A model generated the notes under the pieces. It was not told where the DNA came from. It ran no database searches and was given only the letters and a program-made list of their open reading frames with translations. A stretch of 63,329 bases of DNA, filler included, from Nitrospinae bacterium RIFCSPLOWO2_12_FULL_45_22 (GTDB taxonomy: Bacteria; 2-12-FULL-45-22), in assembly GCA_001803565.1 (NCBI GenBank). It is 5 parts of 5 records of this genome, joined end to end, with 100 filler letters (N's around TTAATTAATTAA, not from the genome) between each part and the next. Parts side by side here need not be neighbours in the genome. Positions count along the whole stretch, not along the records: positions 1 to 11,730 come from MHDQ01000306.1; positions 11,831 to 28,210 come from MHDQ01000307.1; 3 more parts are not named here. The stretch is one strand, 5' to 3'. Both the position numbers and the translations under genes were made by a program. Shown here in pieces: positions 11,102 to 20,377 of this stretch (positions are counted from its first letter, which is position 1; each line of letters starts with the position of its first letter).

Positions 11102-11568
11102 TAAAATTCCACCTCTAACTGGGCCTTAGTGATAGCAGAGAGAGGGATGGAAATAGTCTCTCCACTGCTCAACTGGAGCTTCACTCTCTCACCCTCTAAC
11201 CCCTTTAACCACCCAGTGAATTTTCTTCTGGCCATGATGGGGGTTGAGGTAGTTAATTTAACTAGCCGGCCAGTGAATCGGTAATAATCTTCTTCCTTTT
11301 TTAAGGGGCGATCCAACCCTGGAGAAGATACTTCCAGTATATATTGCTGATTAATAACCTCCTCTATATCCAGAAGCTCCCCTACCTGATAACTGATGTT
11401 TTGACAATCATCAAGGGTAACTCCACCTGGTTTGTCTATGAACAACCGCAGGTACCAGTTCTTCCTTTCCTTTTTAAACTCCAGGTCTACCAAGTCCATC
11501 CCCTCAGAATTTATCACGGGCTTAACTAACCTCTCTATTCGCTCTAACAAATCTCCTCTTTCCACCAT
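11101..11568 (-). CDS. rimP: Ribosome maturation factor RimP
   Basis: LRLFIDKPGGVTLDDC and YILEVSSPGLDRPL motifs. Confidence 0.96.
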   Translation of the reverse strand: MVERGDLLERIERLVKPVINSEGMDLVDLEFKKERKNWYLRLFIDKPGGVTLDDCQNISYQVGELLDIEEVINQQYILEVSSPGLDRPLKKEEDYYRFTGRLVKLTTSTPIMARRKFTGWLKGLEGERVKLQLSSGETISIPLSAITKAQLEVEF

Positions 11569-11602
11569 CTTTCTTAGACGCTGTCAATCCAGTAAAACAA
11601 AA

Positions 11603-11622
11603 AAGTGGGCTTCAGCCCACTT
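11603..11622 (-). promoter_or_regulatory. Hairpin in the rimP leader
   Basis: AAGTGGGCT-GA-AGCCCACTT stem about 35 nt upstream of rimP; a GTGGG...CCCAC hairpin is commonly seen upstream of rimP. Confidence 0.55.
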
Positions 11623-11730
11623 CTTTATTTTTTAGATTTAAAAATTATGATAACATAAATATCTTACTTATACAATCTTAATACCGTGAGAATGTTGTTT
11701 TTCCTTGACTTGTTGCGGTGCTGAAATATA

Positions 11731-11830
11731 NNNNNNNNNNNNNNNNNNNNNNNNNNNNNNNNNNNNNNNNNNNNTTAATTAATTAANNNNNNNNNNNNNN
11801 NNNNNNNNNNNNNNNNNNNNNNNNNNNNNN
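11731..11830. other. Artificial contig linker
   Basis: N-run, TTAATTAATTAA (stop in all six frames), N-run. Confidence 0.98.
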
Positions 11831-12072
11831 AGGAAGATGATGAGTAGGAGTGCCCCGAACCGACCCTTATACCCTAAAAGTATTGAGAGGGCCCCTACAA
11901 TCTCAAATACTATGGCACCCAGGGCAAACAGTCCTGTAGCTGGCATGCCAAAAGAAGCCATATTTTGCTGGGTCTGGGCAAAATGCAGTATCTTGTTGAT
12001 CCCTGATACCAGAAATATCTGACATAAGAATATCCTTCCCAATAACACCAATATCTTTTCCCATCCCTTCAT
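11831..12072 (-). CDS. DoxX family membrane protein, 3' truncated by the gap
   Basis: LLGRIFLCQIFLVSGINK and FEIVGALSILLGYKGRFGA motifs; GGAGG RBS. Confidence 0.85.
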
Positions 12073-12182
12073 TTACCCCTCCTCCTCTATTTAACGGGTT
12101 TCACAAGGATATATCTAAAAGGGGATAGAAGTCAAGGAAATTTGTCAAGCAATACCTAAATAAAAATTTTCCGAAAAATCTG

Positions 12183-12236
12183 GCAAATTATGCCTATACC
12201 TAAAGCAAATTATGCCTATACCTAAAGCAAATTATG
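12183..12236. repeat. 22-bp tandem direct repeat, about 2.5 copies
   Basis: GCAAATTATGCCTATACCTAAA twice, then GCAAATTATG. Confidence 0.9.
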
Positions 12237-12380
12237 TCCAAACTCCAGGCCCCTGATTTAATCAGGGGGTAAGATGCTGCTACTATCACTCCTTGGCGCC
12301 TTAGTGACTTGATGGCTGAACGGTTAATATAGATTTAATTTAGGTAAACAGTTACAAAATTTTAGGGCTCGGCCAAAAAG

Positions 12381-12396
12381 TGGCATAATTTTTGCT
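12381..12396 (+). promoter_or_regulatory. Sigma54 (-24/-12) promoter motif upstream of the glucan synthase operon
   Basis: TGGCATAATTTTTGCT = GG-N10-GC, close to the TGGCAC-N5-TTGC consensus; about 540 nt before the ATG. Confidence 0.6.
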
Positions 12397-12520
12397 CCTT
12401 ATCATTAGGATAATATTGGTTACTTCCTCCTGATTTTACCGAACGTTTGACAAAAATTTCTTGGGGGATAAAGCTATAAAACTTATTTATCCTGAATTAT
12501 GCAAACATATGCCTAATCTT

Positions 12521-12587
12521 TTGTAGGGCAGGGCTTTAGCCCTGCAACTCTGGTGATATAACGCAAACCTAAAGGCTTGCCCTACAA
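12521..12587. repeat. GTAG-family REP doublet (REPIN-like)
   Basis: TTGTAGGGCAGGGCTTTAGCCCTGC ... GCAAACCTAAAGGCTTGCCCTACAA. Confidence 0.75.
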
Positions 12588-12934
12588 TGCCTTGCAATGA
12601 AGATTGCATAATTCGGGTTTATGTCGTTTACTATAGTTCTCCCTGTAATTAAAGGGGATGAGAAGATAGGATGTTTCTTTTCTTTATCTCTGTTACATAC
12701 ATTTTTGTAGCCCAAAATTACATTTTTGGTAACAGTATCTGCTGGTCTCTCGCTCATTTTTGCCCTAATAAACCATTTTTGTATCTCCTAATTCATAATA
12801 ATAGACAACAATTAATATTAATAAAGTCTAATTTTTGTTCCGGCACATTCCGCATATTACAGCAAAAGGAGAGACGATGCTTTTACTCGCTATTTTATGG
12901 TTATTATTAGCTCTTGGTTCTGGGTTAATTTAGA

Positions 12935-15148
12935 ATGACCGATTTGAGATCCAATATATTTTATAAAATAGTAATAATAGTTACCCTGTCAATATATGCA
13001 GCTTATCTTACTTATCGCCTCCTTTATACCATCAATCCAGAAGCCCTTATTTTTTCTATAGTCTTTTACTTTGCCGAGCTTTATGGATTAGTGGCCCTCT
13101 TTCTATATTTTTTCCAGATGTGGGATTTTCCCCATAGAGAAGTTAATCTCCCAGAGCAGGGGCTCAGGGTGGCTGCTCTCATTCCCACCTACAATGAGGA
13201 TATCTCGGTCATACGGAAGACAGCCCTTGCCTGTATGAATATGGATTATCCCCATGATACGTACATTCTTGATGATGGGGCAAGGCCGAGGGTAAGAGAG
13301 CTTGCGCATGAGATTGGCTGCAAGTATTTAGAGCGTCAGACTAGGATAGGAGCTAAGGCCGGGAACCTTAATCATGCTATTCAGCAGATTGATGCTGATT
13401 TCTTTGCCATCTTTGACAGCGATTATGTTCCCTATCCACATTTCCTTATAAAAACCCTAGGTTTTTTCAAAAACTCCCAGGTTGCTTTTGTTCAAACACC
13501 CCAACATTACTATAACATAGATTCCTTTACCTTTCGTTATAGCCAAAAAAAACAAAGAATCTGGAACGAGCAAGAAGTGTTTTATCGCCTCATGATGAGT
13601 GGGAGGGATTACTGGAACTCCACCTTTTTTGTTGGAACTGCCGCTATTTTAAGAAAGGAAGCCCTTGAGAGCATTGGGGGGGTTGCAACAGAGACGATTA
13701 CGGAAGATTTGCACACAACGATAAGGCTTTACAAGAAGGGCTGGAAGGGCATATACCATAATGAGGTCTTGGCCAGTGGCCTTTCCCCTATGGATATAAC
13801 AACCTATCAAACCCAAAAGCTGAGGTGGGCGTACGGAAACATAAGTGTGATCTTCTATGACAACCCCATTCTGGCGAAAGGGCTTACCCTTCCGCAAAGA
13901 ATATGTTTTTTTGCCACTTGCTTCGGCTGGACTGTAGGATTTTCCAAGGCTATATATTTCATATCCCCAGGTGTTCTTCTCCTTACCGGTATGTATCCCA
14001 TCGCCAATTTCGATATGGAATTTATTATTATCTACCTGACTTTTCTATTGACTGTATTAAGTGGTTTCAAGATCGCAAGCCGGGGCTTTGGGAAGGTTTT
14101 TAGGGATGAAGAGTATAACATGCTCAATTTTTTCATCCTGATGAGGGCTACTTTAAGAGCAATATTCAGACGAAAAAGCGAATACAAAGTTACCGTGAAA
14201 GACGCGGCCTTACCCATTTCCCTCCTCTATCTGATTCCCCAGTTTTTCGTTCTCCTTACCTCTTACATTGGAATTAACTGGGGTTTATTCAAACTCTATT
14301 TCCATATTTCTCAAGATTATAAAGGCCTCGGTATCGCATCTTTCTGGGCTTTCGTGAATGGCTTCTTGGCCTTTTCGATTGTCCGGGGCGTAACAAAGCC
14401 ATATCATGGGAGGAGGCACTTCCGAATTCCTGAATCCCTGCCCCTATACGTTTACCAGGGTAATGAGAGATTTATCGGGTGGACTGGCAACATAAACGAG
14501 AGAGGGGTTTCCCTACTTAGTTTATCCCCTCTTGATCTTAGCCGGGATGTTAAGCTCGAGATCATTATTGGTACAGAGGTGGTGAAGTGTGAAGGGGAGA
14601 TTGTTTATGAAAACATAAGAAAGACCAATAAAATTTACTCTTACGGAATAAAATTACGAAACCTTACCCCGGTCCAAGAAAACATCATAATTTCCCACTG
14701 CTTCAATGTGGCCCTACCCAGGCTATTCAGGAACTTCGGGGCCCATATATCCTACCTGAATAACTGGGTTAAAATGCTCAGGGCAAAGCGGATAATCAAA
14801 AGGAAAGGACAGCGCTACTTTATTCATATCCTGGCAATAGTCAGGACCGAGGATGGCAGGGAAAGACCCTATGTGACTCATGACTTGAGCTTGAGCGGGG
14901 CACTGATTATAACTTATGAGAGTATCTTCCTCAACAGCTCCCTATACCTTGACCTAATCCTCCCCGTGGGTAAGGTGGGTATGCAGGGAAGGGTGGTAAG
15001 AACAGAGGAGCTTTCGCTTGGTAAACAGACTACCTATCTCCTGGGAATCAAATTTGAGGATGATAATGATATCTCCCGACAGAGGCTACGGGAGTTCCTG
15101 AAGCGAGAAAGCCAAAGGGGATATCTTGAATACTTCAGGGTATCATAG
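12935..15148 (+). CDS. bcsA: Cellulose-synthase-like GT2 catalytic subunit with two C-terminal PilZ domains
   Basis: PTYNE, ILDDG, AKAGNLN, FDSD, QTPQ, TED, QKLRW (QxxRW) and YKVTVK (gating-loop-like); PilZ motifs RRHFR..NINERG and RKGQR..DLSLSG. Confidence 0.88.
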   Translation: MTDLRSNIFYKIVIIVTLSIYAAYLTYRLLYTINPEALIFSIVFYFAELYGLVALFLYFFQMWDFPHREVNLPEQGLRVAALIPTYNEDISVIRKTALACMNMDYPHDTYILDDGARPRVRELAHEIGCKYLERQTRIGAKAGNLNHAIQQIDADFFAIFDSDYVPYPHFLIKTLGFFKNSQVAFVQTPQHYYNIDSFTFRYSQKKQRIWNEQEVFYRLMMSGRDYWNSTFFVGTAAILRKEALESIGGVATETITEDLHTTIRLYKKGWKGIYHNEVLASGLSPMDITTYQTQKLRWAYGNISVIFYDNPILAKGLTLPQRICFFATCFGWTVGFSKAIYFISPGVLLLTGMYPIANFDMEFIIIYLTFLLTVLSGFKIASRGFGKVFRDEEYNMLNFFILMRATLRAIFRRKSEYKVTVKDAALPISLLYLIPQFFVLLTSYIGINWGLFKLYFHISQDYKGLGIASFWAFVNGFLAFSIVRGVTKPYHGRRHFRIPESLPLYVYQGNERFIGWTGNINERGVSLLSLSPLDLSRDVKLEIIIGTEVVKCEGEIVYENIRKTNKIYSYGIKLRNLTPVQENIIISHCFNVALPRLFRNFGAHISYLNNWVKMLRAKRIIKRKGQRYFIHILAIVRTEDGRERPYVTHDLSLSGALIITYESIFLNSSLYLDLILPVGKVGMQGRVVRTEELSLGKQTTYLLGIKFEDDNDISRQRLREFLKRESQRGYLEYFRVS

Positions 15149-15182
15149 AAACCATTCATTCGAGAGAACGCAAATTGTGTAT

Positions 15183-15575
15183 ATGGTTAGAAAACCGCTT
15201 ATCATAGTAGCAAGCCTTACGCTGATTTCCTTGATCGTATTTTTTATTTTCAACTTGGCATACAGGGATCAGATTCTAGTGAATCAGGCCTTTTTCCGGA
15301 TGGTAAATATCCCTTCGCCTTCATTGGTCGATATTGTCCAGAAGTCTTCCAGGCGGAACCTTTCAAAAGATGATTCTGCCTTCCTCTACCGTCTTTCCAC
15401 CATTCTTATCAGGAAAAGGATGCGCAGCGAGGCCATAGAGGTCTTAGGGCGGGCCCTAAAAAATGAGCCCGATAACCCTCAGTTGAAATTGCAACTTGCC
15501 ACAGAGCTATTCAATGACGGCCGCTATGAAGAGGTTGAAAGGCTTTTCAATGAACTTCTCTCGCAGGTCAGGTAA
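15183..15575 (+). CDS. Small membrane-anchored TPR protein
   Basis: N-terminal TM helix, then EAIEVLGRALKNEPDN TPR; ATG at 15183. Confidence 0.65.
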   Translation: MVRKPLIIVASLTLISLIVFFIFNLAYRDQILVNQAFFRMVNIPSPSLVDIVQKSSRRNLSKDDSAFLYRLSTILIRKRMRSEAIEVLGRALKNEPDNPQLKLQLATELFNDGRYEEVERLFNELLSQVR

Positions 15576-15576
15576 A

Positions 15577-18500
15577 TTGAGAAAGATCGGTTCTCTTATA
15601 TTAATCATATTTTTTATCTTGAGCTATGGAAAAGCTTTATCCCAGGAGAAGAAACCCATGGGGAAAAAGGAGTTGAGAGAAAAGGTTATAATAGGAGCGG
15701 CAAGAAATGCCTGGAAAATGGGGGATTATCAACTGGCCGGAGAGCGATACAAAAGGGCTATAGTCCAATATCCTCACATTTGGGAAATAAGGCGGGAGTA
15801 TGCCTGGGTTCTAAGGGATGCAGGAAAGCTAATGGATTCCATTGAGATACTGGAAGAGACCTCCAGAGATTTTCCGGACAGGGAAGAGATTCAGTTGGCC
15901 CTTGTAGATGCTTATATAGAGATAAAAGATTTTCAATCAGCCGCAAAGCTAATGGAGGTCATCATAAAGAAGAATCCTGATGATAAGAATAGGCTCTTGC
16001 GCCTTGCGGAACTCCACGAATGGAGCGGCAATTATGCTAAGGCAATAGACCTATATCGGCGTATAGGCATTCTTGCCGTTCCGGAGGAAAAGAGAGACAT
16101 AAATACCCGGTTGGCCAGACTATCCAGGTTGGCCGGCGATTATGAGGGGGCGAAGTTGCTATATCGGGAACTCATAAGGGCAGAGTTAAGGGATATAGAT
16201 CTGGTTAAAGAGTTCGTCAGCCTCCTGGAAGAGATGGGTGAGACAGAGGAGCTGATCGATATTTCCCTTAAGGCCCTTAAGCTCCATCCTGATGATAGAA
16301 ATCTTTTAATTTCTATTGCCATGGCTTACAGCACCAGAAAGGATTTCTCCGCTGCGCAGCCCTATCTCGAGAAAGCCTATCATCTCTACCCAACTGATAT
16401 AGAGATTGTCAAACGTCTCGGATATGTGTTTCTCTGGCAGAAGAAGTTCCAGAAGGCATCTGAGCTCCTCTACCGGGTTCTTAAGGAAACCCCGAATGAT
16501 GATACCCTTAGGGAGGATCTGGCCAACTCGTTGCTCTGGGGTGGGATGCCCCGGGAAGCCCTTACCCATTACAGATCTCTTATAGAAAGACGCCCTGAAA
16601 AGCCGATAGAAAGGATGATGCTGGAAGCCCTTAAGGGCTCAGGCCTCATAAATGACTACCTATCTTTTTCAGATAAATACCTGAAAAAATACCCCGCTGA
16701 GGATAAGGTTAGAAGAGAAAGGGCGGGATATCTGGCTTCTCGGGGGAGACTCGTTGAGGCAATCCAGGAATATGAGACCCTTGGTAAATCTTATCCATCC
16801 GACGAGGCTCTCAGAAGCGAGCTAGCGAATCTCTATCTGTCAGCGAAAAGGTATGAGGATGCAGTTGTCATTTTACAAGACCTACTGAAGGCCCATCCCC
16901 AAGATGAGCCCTTACGGCTTTCTCTTGCAAGAGCCCTCTGGTGGAGCGGTAATGAGGATTTTGCCATTACTCATTATAAAATAATATTGAAAAATAGGCC
17001 CGATGATAAGTTGAGGAGAGAATTTGCCGATGTATTGTTGTCGGCGCATAAATATCGGGAGGCCGAGGAAGTCCTAGGGGTCCTTATCACGTCTTACCCT
17101 GACGATATAGAGCTTCTTAAGAAACGGCTGAGAGCCCTGGAGGCGATGAACAGGTGGAAAGAGGTTGAGTCCGAGTTGAAAGCATTAATAAAAAAGGCGC
17201 CAGAATGGCATGATGGGCGTTATAATTTGGCCAGGCTCTATCAGTGGTGGGGCAGGGGATGGGAAGCCCTTCCCATTATGAAAGAACTCACTGCTCAATT
17301 CCCAGGGAATAAAACCTATAACCTTGCCCTGGGGAGATTGTACCAAGAAATGGGCTATTGTAAGGAAGCTATTCCCATCTTTGAGAGACATATGGGAGAG
17401 GGAATTGATTGGAAATCAAGGGGGAGCTATATACACTCGCTAGTGAGCTGCGCACAATTTCCCAGGGCGGATGATCAGCTTGATCGCCTTATGAGAGAAG
17501 CGCCCGAAGCCCCTTATGCCCTTATTATCAAAGGGCAGGTTTTGTTCAGGCTTGGAGATTACGCAGGGGCGAAAGCGTCCTTCCAGAAAATTGTTAATGG
17601 CAAAGAATCCGCTAATATTCCCTTCGACGCTAGAGTTTTTGTCACAGGCAATGATGACCCAAGGCTTGATGCCCTTCTGGGCCTCGTTGATATAGATACC
17701 ATTTTTGGCAATTATTCCGGCAGCTTGAGCATATTGGAAAAATTGTCAGAGTTAAAAGATGAGGGGAACTGGCCTGTCCTTAGCAGATATGTGATGGCCC
17801 TTGGCCATGTAGATAGGCTGCCGGAAGCATACGAAATGCTGGATGGATTAAAGAAAGAGAAGGGGGAGCGGATTGATTTTTTGCTTGTTCAAGGAGAACT
17901 TCACAATCTAGCCCGCAACTATTATGCAGCAGAGGCATCATTTCGCAGGGTACTCTCCCTTGAAAAGAGGAATATAAGGGCGCAGATGGGTCTCATTACT
18001 TCTTTAGAGGCCCAGAAGAGGTTCAAAGAGTCCCACGGGGCACTTGAATGCTTATTAGAACAGGTTCCAGGAGAAATCATGATTAGGACTTATTATACTG
18101 AACTCCTTATAAAGAACAGGCAGTGGGAGAAGGCGAGAGCTGAAATAGACACGATAAGGTCTTTGTCGCCCCACTTGCTCGGACCTTATCTGGATTGGTT
18201 TTTCCGGGCATCAAGGGACAGGCAGGATGCCCGGGACTTGCCAGAACAACTCCGATCCCTTCTGTCCAGACACTCCGTGCCTGATGATGCAAAAAATCGG
18301 GGGGTTCTTTCCTCGCTTCTCTTTATCCAGAACAGACTTCTCCACCACGAAAAATATTATGAACTCTACCTCCTCAGCAAACCATTCCTTCCTATCCTCT
18401 CCCATGACATGCGCTTCATGAAGAACTATCAAATTGCCTTTCTTAATAGCGCCAAGGCCAAGGAGGCTCTTCATGATCTGAGCGCGTTGAGAAGCCAGAA

Positions 18501-20370
18501 AAGAGATATTTGGCTTGATCTCCTTTTGGTCAGGGCCTATATTGCGATGGAGAGCAGTAAAGAAGCCTTATCCCTCATGGAGTTATCGAAAGTATCTTCT
18601 AAGGGGGTAGACCCTGAAGGCAGGTTTTTCCTGGCAGAGCTTTTTCTTCTTTTGAAAAGAGGTGATGAGGCTTTGCAAGTTTACGAAGGGTTGCAAAATG
18701 GTGAGGAGAAACTGGTATCTGTTGTTTCGGGCCTGATTTATGCTAATTACCTGCTTGATCAAGAAGAAAAAGCCGAAGCCCTCCTTCATGATTTTTTTCA
18801 TAGAGAGCAAAATTTCTTCGTCCGGCTCGATTTATTTCGTAATCTGTCTCATATGGGTTTAGGTAGGGATGATGGGTTTTACCGGGACTTTGTCGTGAGA
18901 GGCATGGAGAAGTTACTGAAGGAAAGGGACGAGAAGGATGCGCTTTTCTTCCTGGCCTATAGTCTGTCTATCCATGGGCATTTGCGAGAGGGGCTGGATT
19001 GGTTTCGGGTCATGCTCCGGGGAAAAGCGACCCCTCTCCCAGTCCTGTGGATGGCAAGGGTATTGAGCTGGAATAAAGATTACAAAGGGTCTATTGAGGC
19101 ATATAATCGATATCTGGCTTACAATCCTGGCGACTTCCTGGCCAGGAGAGAAAGGGCAAGGGTCATGGTAGAGAAGGCAAGGGTCATGGGATGGATGATT
19201 GATTACCAGGGGTCCCTCCATGCCTATCACGATATCGTTGATGATGGTGGCCCCTGGAAGGAAGTTGAGATGGAGGCTAAGGCCAAGGAGTTCCTATTTA
19301 AGGGTTGGATTTTGGATGCCCTCCCAAAGTATCGCCTTCTCATTGAAGAGGAGCCAGCGAACAGCGAGGCCCTCTTCGAGCTAGGGCAAATATATTCCAA
19401 AAAGGGATTCCATGATCTGGCGATAGAATCTTACCTTAACTTACTCACGGCCTTCCCGGCTCATCCGGAAGGGCTGATAGCCCTGGAGAGACAGAAACTA
19501 TACAAGAAGCCTTTTCCTGTCCTGGAGTATCAGTTAGTGGACCAGGATGGATTTGATGATAAACGTTCCATAGCCTATGATCAGTTGGAAGCGATCTCCT
19601 TTTTCTCTCTATCTGATAATCTTAAACTATCTGCTAGATACCAGAAGACCTTTTTCCGTTTCGATACTTTCAAGGATTTTTCTGGGGACCAGCCGCGTAT
19701 TGATATTGAATATCTTCCAAATATTAGATTATCCCTAAAGGGCTTTTTCTCCTATCCGGTATATCAAAGGATTAATGAAGAGAATGCCAATTTTGGATTT
19801 GGGGCGAGCTATGCCTTTGACCATGGGCTGGAGGCATCGGCTGGTTACCATCGCGAAGACCTATGGGAGAACGTTAATACCTTACTTTCGAACGTATATT
19901 TTGACAGATTTTTTATTGGGGGTAGATACCTGAACGATCGGTTCCACCTGGATGGACTTGCTTCTTTTTCTTATTATTCAGACGATAATGTCAGGCCTTT
20001 CTTTAAGCTTAGGGGAAGCTACGACCTCATGAGATTTCCCACGATCCTAAAAGCAATTATTGATTATGAGTTCTTCGACTTCAGGAAGGAGACCTTCTAC
20101 TTCTCTCCCGATAACTATTCATTGGTGGCTCCCTATTTTCAGTGGAGGCATTATCTTAATAAGGATTTTTTTCATGAGGCGGATGAGATTTACTATGACC
20201 TCCTTGGGGGTTTCCGGATGGATTCCATGGGTAATTTCTATACAGATTTCCGGGCAGAGGCCCGCTATGAATGGCGCCAGAGGATCGAGGTCGGCCTCAG
20301 GGCGCAGTTTATTGATTCGGATGTCTATAGAGAGCAGAGGGTGGTCTTTTCTGTGGCTTTTAGGTTCTGA
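15577..20370 (+). CDS. Giant TPR protein with C-terminal outer-membrane beta-barrel (BcsC/PgaA-like export protein)
   Basis: Signal peptide from TTG 15577; over 1200 aa of TPR repeats; last ~290 aa have alternating aromatic beta-strands ending in Phe (VAFRF). Confidence 0.78.
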   Translation: MRKIGSLILIIFFILSYGKALSQEKKPMGKKELREKVIIGAARNAWKMGDYQLAGERYKRAIVQYPHIWEIRREYAWVLRDAGKLMDSIEILEETSRDFPDREEIQLALVDAYIEIKDFQSAAKLMEVIIKKNPDDKNRLLRLAELHEWSGNYAKAIDLYRRIGILAVPEEKRDINTRLARLSRLAGDYEGAKLLYRELIRAELRDIDLVKEFVSLLEEMGETEELIDISLKALKLHPDDRNLLISIAMAYSTRKDFSAAQPYLEKAYHLYPTDIEIVKRLGYVFLWQKKFQKASELLYRVLKETPNDDTLREDLANSLLWGGMPREALTHYRSLIERRPEKPIERMMLEALKGSGLINDYLSFSDKYLKKYPAEDKVRRERAGYLASRGRLVEAIQEYETLGKSYPSDEALRSELANLYLSAKRYEDAVVILQDLLKAHPQDEPLRLSLARALWWSGNEDFAITHYKIILKNRPDDKLRREFADVLLSAHKYREAEEVLGVLITSYPDDIELLKKRLRALEAMNRWKEVESELKALIKKAPEWHDGRYNLARLYQWWGRGWEALPIMKELTAQFPGNKTYNLALGRLYQEMGYCKEAIPIFERHMGEGIDWKSRGSYIHSLVSCAQFPRADDQLDRLMREAPEAPYALIIKGQVLFRLGDYAGAKASFQKIVNGKESANIPFDARVFVTGNDDPRLDALLGLVDIDTIFGNYSGSLSILEKLSELKDEGNWPVLSRYVMALGHVDRLPEAYEMLDGLKKEKGERIDFLLVQGELHNLARNYYAAEASFRRVLSLEKRNIRAQMGLITSLEAQKRFKESHGALECLLEQVPGEIMIRTYYTELLIKNRQWEKARAEIDTIRSLSPHLLGPYLDWFFRASRDRQDARDLPEQLRSLLSRHSVPDDAKNRGVLSSLLFIQNRLLHHEKYYELYLLSKPFLPILSHDMRFMKNYQIAFLNSAKAKEALHDLSALRSQKRDIWLDLLLVRAYIAMESSKEALSLMELSKVSSKGVDPEGRFFLAELFLLLKRGDEALQVYEGLQNGEEKLVSVVSGLIYANYLLDQEEKAEALLHDFFHREQNFFVRLDLFRNLSHMGLGRDDGFYRDFVVRGMEKLLKERDEKDALFFLAYSLSIHGHLREGLDWFRVMLRGKATPLPVLWMARVLSWNKDYKGSIEAYNRYLAYNPGDFLARRERARVMVEKARVMGWMIDYQGSLHAYHDIVDDGGPWKEVEMEAKAKEFLFKGWILDALPKYRLLIEEEPANSEALFELGQIYSKKGFHDLAIESYLNLLTAFPAHPEGLIALERQKLYKKPFPVLEYQLVDQDGFDDKRSIAYDQLEAISFFSLSDNLKLSARYQKTFFRFDTFKDFSGDQPRIDIEYLPNIRLSLKGFFSYPVYQRINEENANFGFGASYAFDHGLEASAGYHREDLWENVNTLLSNVYFDRFFIGGRYLNDRFHLDGLASFSYYSDDNVRPFFKLRGSYDLMRFPTILKAIIDYEFFDFRKETFYFSPDNYSLVAPYFQWRHYLNKDFFHEADEIYYDLLGGFRMDSMGNFYTDFRAEARYEWRQRIEVGLRAQFIDSDVYREQRVVFSVAFRF

Positions 20371-20377
20371 CCCTTAA

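Noticed and set aside
11775-11786. TTAATTAATTAA repeated four times in the window inside N-runs
   Set aside because: Artificial six-frame-stop contig spacer, not biological. ORF-track ends at these points are artefacts.
12183-12236. Tandem 22-mers as a CRISPR array
   Set aside because: The repeats are contiguous with no spacers, and there are no cas genes.
12569-12910. Short ORFs upstream of bcsA as missing bcs accessory genes
   Set aside because: AT-rich, low-complexity translations with no resemblance to BcsB, BcsQ or BcsR.
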